Shown: positions 25,206 to 32,000 of the stretch, in pieces
Numbering within the stretch: the stretch's first letter is position 1
Layout: every line of letters begins with the position of its first letter
NCBI RefSeq assembly: GCF_000020025.1
Contig: NC_010628.1
Location: 4,410,001 to 4,442,000, forward strand
DNA length: 32,000 nt
Direction of reading: 5' to 3'
Source: Nostoc punctiforme PCC 73102
Lineage (GTDB): Bacteria > Cyanobacteriota > Cyanobacteriia > Cyanobacteriales > Nostocaceae
Position numbers and translations under genes: made by a program
The notes under the pieces: model-generated
Databases searched by the model: none
The model's input: the letters and a program-made list of their open reading frames with translations, nothing else
What the model was told of the DNA's origin: nothing

Positions 25206-25439
25206 CTAAACATCTCTATCAATTTCTATCAGCTTTTGCCGAGAGGACAAACCCGACTTAATTCTGATATCAGATTTGGCTACATCAAATTTCTTTGCTA
25301 GGAGTTTAATTAACTCTTCATTAGCCTTACCATCAACTGGAGGCGATTTTAAATATACAGTCAGACTGCCATCAGGTTGTTCTTCAATTTTTTGCTGTTT
25401 TGAATTAGGTTTAACCTTGACTTTTTTTTGCATAACCAA
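25206..25439 (-). CDS. DUF167 (YggU-like) protein
   Basis: 77 aa with the PVDGKAN motif and the KLI tail typical of DUF167. It overlaps the upstream membrane-protein gene. Confidence 0.8.
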
Positions 25440-25827
25440 TTTTATATAATTGTCGCAGCCATAACCAACCTACAATACAACCCAATGCGTAATGAGGAAA
25501 ATCCCACCATACAAAAGTAGTACCAAGTAATAATTTACCTATCAAGGTGGCACGAATTTCATTTAATAGTGGCGGATGCCAAAGTTGTAAGAATTCTAGT
25601 ATACAGGTGATGACAAAAACCCATATAGGAATTTGGATTATGGCCGCCCGACTTCTGAACAACCAAAAAGCAAATAGACACCAAAATATTTCATAAAGTA
25701 TATCTCCTCCGTAGTCATTAAACCACTGATGACCAGGCCCACTGTAAAACTTAGACAAAATGCCCATCGGTACAACGATGAGCATAGAAATAATAATAAA
25801 TATTGTTTGATTACGAGATTCGAGCAT
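25411..25827 (-). CDS. Small polytopic membrane protein (DUF2809-like)
   Basis: 138 aa with 4 hydrophobic segments and the motif [22 protein letters not shown]. The family assignment is from memory. Confidence 0.5.
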
Positions 25828-26143
25828 TTTATGAAGGCTAAAGACTAACGAAAATTTTAGCCTCTACACTGCTCTTTCTTAGGAATTCCTAATTTTGTAT
25901 TTTATTAATAGTATTTACATCAAACTACACGCTGTAGGGGGAATACCCTGCGGGTGATGCTCTTACCTTTTTACGAGACGCTGCGCGTAGCTTGCTTCCC
26001 CATAAGGGTATGCTACCGCTACGCTAACGCTACTTCCTTTATGCCGGAGAACCCATACACCGGAATGGCTCACCACTTTGCGTCTACATAAATTGCTCTA
26101 AGAAGAAAATCTTTCTTTTCGGCTATTGTTTGCGTAAGCCTTG

Positions 26144-26695
26144 TTAGGGATATCTTCTGCTACCAGCACCCACTACACCGATTTTGTGGCGATAGGAGAG
26201 TTCGGCACCGAACCAGCCGGAAGCGCTGGTCAGTGTACCCACAATGAGTGAGATTAACAGTCCCCAGGGTACTATTCGGGATTCAGCGTCGCCCCAACGT
26301 AGGAGGAAGTTGACTAGTGATAAAACTAGGATAGAAACGTTAAGGATCAAATGCACCCAACCGGCGGTGCGCTTGCGAACTCGTTCAATTTTTAAAAAGT
26401 CGCTCAGACCGATCGCAGCAGCGAGTAAACCTCCAGCTAATCCGAGTCCGATTAACCATAGCGAAGCCCTAGCCCAAAAGAAATCACCAGTTAACCAGTA
26501 GCCGATGTCACTTCCCAAGGCGGCGGCTAAAAAGGCGATGGGAAAGATCACACTCAGGGGATGTAGGGGATGTCCTGCGATCGCAACTGTGCTAGGTACG
26601 CCAGTATCCCGATATTCACTGTCATTACTTTCAATAACTGGTGGAATATTGGGAAAAGGTGTTGAACTTGTTTGCGTTGTTTCTGTACTTTCCAT
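26144..26695 (-). CDS. DUF2231-type membrane protein
   Basis: 183 aa. It has GHPLHPLSVIFPIAFL followed by several TM helices. Confidence 0.7.
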   Translation of the reverse strand: MESTETTQTSSTPFPNIPPVIESNDSEYRDTGVPSTVAIAGHPLHPLSVIFPIAFLAAALGSDIGYWLTGDFFWARASLWLIGLGLAGGLLAAAIGLSDFLKIERVRKRTAGWVHLILNVSILVLSLVNFLLRWGDAESRIVPWGLLISLIVGTLTSASGWFGAELSYRHKIGVVGAGSRRYP

Positions 26696-26722
26696 TATTT
26701 AGTATCCTCAATTAATTAGTTT

Positions 26723-27463
26723 TTAAGCAGAAGGGATTTGTTCAATATAAGCTTCAGCTTGTAGGGTTAGCTTGCCTACTTCTGCTCTTAGTTGCCTAAC
26801 TTGTAGATTCATTCCCTCTAAATCAAAATTACTCAGATTCAAAATCTCGCTAGTTTCGTCTATCAAAGCTTTTGTCAAATCTGGTGATATTTCTTCACTT
26901 TCACCATACTCAACATTTTCTAGAGAAACTGTTTTTCCATTAGGGCTTATCTGAGGGATCGCAGAAAAAGCAACTTGGTGATTCTCACCTGTTTCTACTA
27001 ATTTTATACTGGCATTTAGTGCTATTTTTCCATCACCAGGTAGCCGAAAGTCTACATTTTGTGGTTCAATAGTCGTCAATTTCCCGTTAACATGGATTTT
27101 TTGACTTTGCAGCTGCGATCGCACATATTCTGAGTTAAAGGCGCGATTGATATCAGATTCGGTTAACACAACCTGGGCATTAGCTTTAGTAGGTTGGCTA
27201 AGTTCGATTTTACCTAAAGCCACACTCAGAGGATTTATGGCAACATCAGTCATTTGCATTTTTAATTCCTCCATACGGAGGTCTTTTTGCATTACTAAAC
27301 CTTCGCCTTCAACGCTGACTGAATCTACTTGCCCCTGAACTAGTTTTAGCGGGTCTGTTTTAATGTTTACATCTAAGTTCTCGGCTTCATCTAATTGGCT
27401 GGATAAGCCTATTTCTGCAGCTTTATTCAGGGCCTGCTCTCCTAATCCAGAACTTTCTGGCAT
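26723..27463 (-). CDS. DUF2993 (LmeA-like) protein
   Basis: 246 aa with a repetitive beta-rich pattern (LVQGQVDSVSVEGEGLVMQKDLRMEEL...INPLS). The family assignment is from memory. It lies 27 nt upstream of the DUF2231 gene on the same strand. Confidence 0.5.
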   Translation of the reverse strand: MPESSGLGEQALNKAAEIGLSSQLDEAENLDVNIKTDPLKLVQGQVDSVSVEGEGLVMQKDLRMEELKMQMTDVAINPLSVALGKIELSQPTKANAQVVLTESDINRAFNSEYVRSQLQSQKIHVNGKLTTIEPQNVDFRLPGDGKIALNASIKLVETGENHQVAFSAIPQISPNGKTVSLENVEYGESEEISPDLTKALIDETSEILNLSNFDLEGMNLQVRQLRAEVGKLTLQAEAYIEQIPSA

Positions 27464-27812
27464 TATTAAATTAACTCCTATAAATAGCTAAATTAAGATG
27501 TCCTTGAAGTAATTTAATAAATTAAGACTATATTTTTATCTGTCTGGCGAGGTAATATAGATTTAAATATTATCTATCTAAAAGTAGAATGACATAATTT
27601 ATAGTAATTTTGAAGTATTTTTTTATTTAGCCAATCTTCATATTTAGTTAGTATAAATTTCCTCATGATTATCGTATTTTTGTGAAAATGCAGGTGAGAC
27701 TAAGCACAAAAATTTCACAAACTAATCTTGCCATAGCTGGATATTGAGTAATTTAACCACCCCGAAGATAAACTAAAGGTTGCTGATTTTTATTATCAAT
27801 CAGCCATCCTAA

Positions 27813-28025
27813 TTAAACACCATTAGTAATATATTCTTTCATGTTGGCTTTGAATTTTGGCAACTTGTCATTTTTAGAAAGAATTTCAATTATAAAATCA
27901 AGTGCTAAATTAATAAATTTATCCTCTTGCTGATAGAAACTTTCTGATAAGTATCATTTAGCGACAGAATCAGCATCCAGCGAGGCAATCTGACTTGTCA
28001 TAGCAAGCTTGATAGATATTTCCAT
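27813..28025 (-). pseudogene. Small helical ORF interrupted by one in-frame TGA
   Basis: It reads MEISIKLAMTSQIASLDADSVAK, then TGA at 27954-27956, then YLSESFYQQEDKFINLALDFIIEILSKNDKLPKFKANMKEYITNGV and stop, all in one frame. Confidence 0.25.
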
Positions 28026-28268
28026 TTTTAGGCTGAGATTCTCCCCCTTTTCCCTTCTCCTGCTCTGGGTTCTCTGTGTCTCTGCGGTTTGTTATAAAAA
28101 GAAGTCGATAAAAGATTCATAGGAACTAGACAAATAGCTTTTTTCCAGAGACGATGTAGTGATATATCTCACAAACAACTTTTAGCTTTTACATTCTCTC
28201 TCTAGATAAAAAATCTTTCTCTCGGTAGATAGGTGTACTGGCTTTATTATGGCTGCTATGTTACCAAT

Positions 28269-28805
28269 ATGACGATAGTAAGACAAAACGCCCTAAATAC
28301 AACCGTAAGTCCTTCAGTAAACACTCCAGAAACATTGGCAGAAAAGGTTATTGAAACAGAGCGGATACATGACGTTCTCCTTTTGCTGCAAAACTTAATT
28401 AACAGTGAAGAAGCCACTGTAAAACTAATTCTGGATTGTCTCTATGATGTTGGTTCAGTCAATCTAATCAATCAAAAGCTTCGCATGAAGCCTTTAAACA
28501 GGGTAATGAAATTAATTGCCCGAATGTCTAAACCAGTTTTTAGAATTTTAGCTTTCAATTGGTTTAAGAAAAACTGTCCGCAATTGATTACTAATTGGCT
28601 ACACACCCAGGTAACTTTTAGAAGTACCAAAAATATACCTCAAGAGGTAGCTGTTAAAGTTGCAGAACTTCAACCATATCCCTTACCACCGACAGAAAAT
28701 CTCAGCCAAGAGATTAAAAATCTGCGTTCTCAGGTTAGATGGCTAGCTGGGATTTCAATAATAGCGATCGCTGTTTTAGCAGTAACAGCAATTAAGTTAA
28801 ACTGA
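28269..28805 (+). CDS. Hypothetical protein with a C-terminal TM anchor
   Basis: The ORF-track start at 28233 is GTG and the first in-frame ATG is at 28269. The C-terminus WLAGISIIAIAVLAVTAIKL is hydrophobic. Confidence 0.5.
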   Translation: MTIVRQNALNTTVSPSVNTPETLAEKVIETERIHDVLLLLQNLINSEEATVKLILDCLYDVGSVNLINQKLRMKPLNRVMKLIARMSKPVFRILAFNWFKKNCPQLITNWLHTQVTFRSTKNIPQEVAVKVAELQPYPLPPTENLSQEIKNLRSQVRWLAGISIIAIAVLAVTAIKLN

Positions 28806-29009
28806 AACCCATAATTAGCACCGTTATCAAATTTAATAGAGCCAGCAAGCTATTTTAGGCGTAAGATGCACTTGAGTTCTAAAAACTCTAGTAGCCTAGA
28901 ATGTGAATAATTTTTGATCCATAAGGCGTTTTGGAAAACAGTTATTTGAAACTCCAAGCACCTTAACTCATTGTATTGCCAGCATATTTAAATAGCTGGT
29001 TCAGCATAT

Positions 29010-29861
29010 ATGCTAATTCCTACTATGACTTTGCCAAAACCTACCTTGGAGGATATCGAAATACATCTTCTCTTGGAAGGGGTATATCAATATTACGGCT
29101 ATGACTTCCGCGATTATGCTCTTTCCTCACTCAAGCGCCGCATTCAGAGCTTTATGCAATTAGAGGGGCTAGCTAATATTTCTGCTTTGCAAGAACGTTT
29201 ACTCCACAACCGTGCTTATTTAGAACGATTTTTGCTTGCTCTAACGGTGAATGTAACATCAATGTTTCGCGATCCGAGCTTTTATAACACCTTCAGAAAT
29301 CAAGTTGTCCCCTTCTTACAAACCTATCCGTTTATTCGCATCTGGCACGCTGGATGTTCTACGGGTGAAGAAGTCTACTCAATGGCAATTCTACTACAAG
29401 AAGAAGGACTTTATCACCGTTGCCGGATATATGCAACTGATACTAATGAAAAGGTATTACAAAATGCTAGAAGTGGTATTTTTTCTCTAAAACTGATGCA
29501 GGAATATACTCATCTTTACCTGAAAGCAGGCGGCAAGAAGTCATTTTCAGAATATTATACCGCAGCTTATGACAATGCTATTTTTCGATCATCTCTCAGA
29601 GAAAATGTTGTGTTTGCCCAGCATAATTTAGCAACTGACAGTTCTTTTAATGAATTTAATGTTATTATTTGTCGTAATGTCCTGATCTATTTCAATCAGG
29701 CACTTCAAAAGCGGGTACACCAACTATTTTATAATAGCCTCTGCACCTTTGGAATTTTGGGTTTAGGAAAACAAGAATCCATCAGATTCACCTCTTATGA
29801 ACAGCACTATGAAGAGATAGTCAAAGGTGAGAAACTATATAAAAAAATAGCTGGTGCTTAA
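29010..29861 (+). CDS. CheR-family protein-glutamate O-methyltransferase
   Basis: 283 aa. It contains YGYDFRDY, TSMFRDP, IWHAGCSTGEEVYSMAILL and VIICRNVLIYF, all canonical CheR motifs. Confidence 0.88.
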   Translation: MLIPTMTLPKPTLEDIEIHLLLEGVYQYYGYDFRDYALSSLKRRIQSFMQLEGLANISALQERLLHNRAYLERFLLALTVNVTSMFRDPSFYNTFRNQVVPFLQTYPFIRIWHAGCSTGEEVYSMAILLQEEGLYHRCRIYATDTNEKVLQNARSGIFSLKLMQEYTHLYLKAGGKKSFSEYYTAAYDNAIFRSSLRENVVFAQHNLATDSSFNEFNVIICRNVLIYFNQALQKRVHQLFYNSLCTFGILGLGKQESIRFTSYEQHYEEIVKGEKLYKKIAGA

Positions 29862-30035
29862 AATCCAAGCTGTTTGAACTACTATATGAAGTAAAAAGTT
29901 TTGATTTTAAATTGTAGAATAAAGTTGCAATTCTGTCAAAAGACAGTCTGTAAAACATTTTTAATTGTGTTCAGAAGATACACTTAGCTATTGCTTAAGG
30001 TAAATTACACATTAAAGTCTTAAAGGAGATTGTCG

Positions 30036-30815
30036 ATGCAGCTTCTCGAATGCCCTCCTGTTGCAGTCATTGCTGGAGAAAATGCGGTTCACGTTTCTCA
30101 ACTACCTTCTATATGGCAAGACATTGCTAGAGGAAGCACGAGTGTCGGACTTTCTCATCCCCAAAGCTATGTTGAGATGGCACAGTTGTTCCTGTATAAA
30201 TTAGAGTATGGCGATGTTGATTTGTTTAGCGATCGCCCCCAACTAGCTCACTTGATACCATCATTCTCCCAGCTATTTACACAACTAGCATGGGAAACCC
30301 TAGAATTTTTTGGGCAAGACTTTCTCAAAGACAGCTATCCAAACTTTGCAAAAATTCTCCGTGATGTGGAGTCAAAGGGGACAGAATATGCTGATGAAGT
30401 AAAAGTGGCTCACATTGGCATAGATTTATTCAACGAGTTTGGTTATGAACTACCTGCCAGCTTTTATCATGTGCATCTAGCACCAATTTACCGCGAGCAT
30501 GTTTTTGAAGAACGCGCCTTAAGATTTGATCGGCGCGATATTGAACACAAACGTGCTTGGGATGCCATACTCCATGCAGGTAAGGTGTTTGCGATTCAGA
30601 TGAAGGTGCAAAGTATTGCTTCTAAATACGGTTTTACTTATCAACACGGCTGTGGTTGTAACTCTCACTTATCTTCCATTGATGTATCTAGTGGCGCGTT
30701 TGAATATGAATTGAGTCCCGAAAAGCGCCAGCGATGGATTCGCAGTTTCATTTGGACTGCTTGGTATGAGTATGCCTTTTTTGCGATCGTCCCAAATACG
30801 AGTTATTTAGTCTAA
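30036..30815 (+). CDS. Hypothetical protein (contains an HGCGCNSH motif)
   Basis: An AAGGAG lies 7 nt upstream of ATG 30036, whereas the ORF-track start at 30030 is TTG. The composition is protein-like and no family was recognised. Confidence 0.6.
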   Translation: MQLLECPPVAVIAGENAVHVSQLPSIWQDIARGSTSVGLSHPQSYVEMAQLFLYKLEYGDVDLFSDRPQLAHLIPSFSQLFTQLAWETLEFFGQDFLKDSYPNFAKILRDVESKGTEYADEVKVAHIGIDLFNEFGYELPASFYHVHLAPIYREHVFEERALRFDRRDIEHKRAWDAILHAGKVFAIQMKVQSIASKYGFTYQHGCGCNSHLSSIDVSSGAFEYELSPEKRQRWIRSFIWTAWYEYAFFAIVPNTSYLV

Positions 30816-30857
30816 TACCCATTTGCAAAAAGAATGCGAGAAATAGACCATTTGTAG

Positions 30858-30877
30858 AGACGCGATGAATCGCGTCT
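30858..30877. repeat. Second copy of the AGACGCGAT(T/G)AATCGCGTCT palindrome, between convergent genes
   Basis: Its extended form GTAGAGACGCGATGAATCGCGTCTTTAC (30854-30881) lies between the 30815 stop (+) and the ctaE stop at 30950 (-). Confidence 0.55.
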
Positions 30878-30949
30878 TTACCCAAGGATGTGTTGCAATC
30901 ATTAATTGAATTGAATGAACAGAGGGAGAAATTACTCCCTCATTCTCAT

Positions 30950-31552
30950 TTACTGCCAAACGTAGATGAGGATAAACAAAATAATCCAGATAACATCGAC
31001 GAAGTGCCAGAACAACGAAGTCGCGTTCACGCCGAAGTGTCCTGTGTCGTAGTTGCCAGGGATGAAAGAACGTACCAAAATAATCGACTGCAACAGAATG
31101 CCGGTGAAAACGTGCAAACCGTGGAAACCTGTTAGCAGGTAAAATGTTCCGCCAAATACCCCTGTGGTGAAGCCAAAATCGAGGCCGTTCCATTCAATCG
31201 CTTGCCCAACCAAAAAGTAAGTTCCCATCGCCATTGTTGTCAAGAGAAACAGGCGAAATTTCACTAAATCATGGCGTTGCAGGGCGCGTTCGGCTAAGTA
31301 AATTACAAAGCTACTAGCGACAAGAATTACTGTGTTGATTGCCGGTTCTTTTACTTCTAACCCGGAAACACCAACTGGTAGCCAGTTAGGAGTTGTTGTT
31401 TTGTAGATTGCATATCCGGCGAAAAAGCTCAAGAAAATGACGCTTTCAGACAGTAGAAAGACAATGAAGCCAAACATCTTGTTGCCTTCTTCGTCGTGCG
31501 TATGTTCTGCGGCTGCGTGGTGCAATTCATCTAAATTGATATAACTGTCCAT
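30950..31552 (-). CDS. ctaE: Cytochrome c oxidase subunit III
   Basis: It contains HHAAAEHTHDEE..MFGFIVFLLSESVIFLSFF and ends FWHFVDVIWIILFILIYVWQ. The ORF-track start at 31630 is a GTG inside the MITE terminal repeat. ATG 31552 (MDSYINL...) gives a typical ~200-aa protein, and ATG 31606 is an alternative. Confidence 0.9.
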   Translation of the reverse strand: MDSYINLDELHHAAAEHTHDEEGNKMFGFIVFLLSESVIFLSFFAGYAIYKTTTPNWLPVGVSGLEVKEPAINTVILVASSFVIYLAERALQRHDLVKFRLFLLTTMAMGTYFLVGQAIEWNGLDFGFTTGVFGGTFYLLTGFHGLHVFTGILLQSIILVRSFIPGNYDTGHFGVNATSLFWHFVDVIWIILFILIYVWQ

Positions 31553-31616
31553 TGGTGGAGTTTTGCTTTTAGCTTGAGGGTTGAATTTAAAACGCAAAGG
31601 AGACATAGTTCGTTGC

Positions 31617-31790
31617 GCTACGGTGTACACACAAGTCTTTTGACCTTACCTTTATTGCATCAACTTGCAAGTTTGTTGCATTGACTTGCAAGTTTGTTGT
31701 ATCGACTTGCAAGTTTGTTGCATCGACCTGCAAAAATTAACTTACCCTAAGTTACGGAGTAACCTAAAAGATTTGTGTGTATACGGTAGG
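31617..31790. mobile_element. MITE-like element in the ctaD-ctaE spacer, sharing its terminus with 6765-6889
   Basis: The left end GCTACGGTGTACACACAAG (31617-31635) is identical to 6765-6783. The right end TTGTGTGTATACGGTAGG (31773-31790) is its imperfect inverse. Confidence 0.5.
31655..31738. repeat. Four tandem 21-nt units, each carrying the palindrome ACTTGCAAGT
   Basis: The units are TTGCATCAACTTGCAAGTTTG, TTGCATTGACTTGCAAGTTTG, TTGTATCGACTTGCAAGTTTG and TTGCATCGACCTGCAAAAATT (degenerate). Confidence 0.85.
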
Positions 31791-31800
31791 ATAGCCTGGG

Positions 31801-32000
31801 TTATTCTGAGAGGTTAGCTGTCAAGGGTTCCGATTTACCGTAGCCATAGGGTTCAGAGATGATGATGGGAGTTTCTTCAAAGTTTTCTACTGGGGGGGGT
31901 GAAGAAACCATCCACTCTAGTCCGATCGCTCGCCAAGGGTTAGCGGGTGCTTTCTCGCCTTGCATCCAAGAAATCACCATGTTGAATATGAAGGGTAAGG
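31801..32000 (-). CDS. ctaD: Cytochrome c oxidase subunit I, 3' end (partial, continues beyond the window)
   Basis: My own reverse translation reads ...FIFNMVISWMQGEKAPANPWRAIGLEWMVSSPPPVENFEETPIIISEPYGYGKSEPLTANLSE, with the stop at 31803-31801. It is absent from the ORF track because no start codon lies in the window. Confidence 0.85.
   Translation of the reverse strand, partial: LPFIFNMVISWMQGEKAPANPWRAIGLEWMVSSPPPVENFEETPIIISEPYGYGKSEPLTANLSE

Noticed and set aside
25921-26100. GC-richer intergenic patch (ACGAGACGCTGCGCGTAGC..., CTACGCTAACGC) resembling words at 21921-21990 (TGCGCAGCGT, GCGCGAAGCGCG).
   Set aside because: The similarity is limited to short GC-rich words. I could not align a convincing repeat unit or fold, so it is probably another small dispersed-repeat remnant.
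26244-26954. ORFs 26244..26501(+), 26505..26702(+) and 26772..26954(+), plus 27147..27338(+).
   Set aside because: They are antisense to the DUF2231 and DUF2993 genes, which have coherent TM or domain patterns.
30807-31193. ORFs 30807..31193(-) and 30890..31135(+).
   Set aside because: They overlap ctaE in other frames, and the ctaE frame carries the conserved oxidase motifs.
31553-31630. Long N-terminal extension of ctaE (MYTVAQRTMSPLRFKFNPQAKSKTPP).
   Set aside because: It starts at a GTG inside the MITE terminal inverted repeat and is repeat-encoded. MDSYINLDELHHAAAEH fits a normal subunit III N-terminus.

Overview
The window reads as chromosome from a filamentous Nostoc/Anabaena-type cyanobacterium. 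Evidence is the many HIP1 octamers (GCGATCGC), STRR-type heptamer arrays (GGGGACT/CCCCAAT, TTGGTCA), and the genes ycf3, gatC and ctaD-ctaE. Everything below comes from reading the sequence and the ORF track by eye. No homology search or folding was run, so family names rest on recognised motifs.

Housekeeping genes: clpB (262-2901), htpG (7942-9930), rpmB (interrupted), gatC, ycf3, a GST, an SRAP/YedK peptidase, ctaE and the 3' end of ctaD.

Accessory content:
(1) A minus-strand block sits between clpB and htpG. It holds a translationally coupled P-loop ATPase + TPR protein pair (6590-3661), followed by a MazE/MazF-like toxin-antitoxin cassette bracketed by 23-nt direct repeats.
(2) An IS4-family element is inserted, with target duplication, inside ribosomal protein L28.
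(3) A plus-strand exporter locus runs 13805-20587. Its order is transposase-derived HTH protein, then a cNMP-domain/C39-peptidase ABC transporter, then a 21-nt-phased repeat array, then an HlyD adaptor, then a parvulin-like protein. A 1.4-kb ORF-free AT-rich leader precedes it, and no cargo peptide gene is visible.
(4) Several small dispersed repeat and MITE-like families are present. One is inserted between ctaD and ctaE.
(5) Decayed gene remnants include an ABC ATPase tail, a possible FAD-binding N-terminus and a small ORF with an in-frame TGA.

The best candidates for an undescribed system are the exporter locus with its repeat array and the split NTPase/TPR pair next to the TA module. Both functional readings are inferences.
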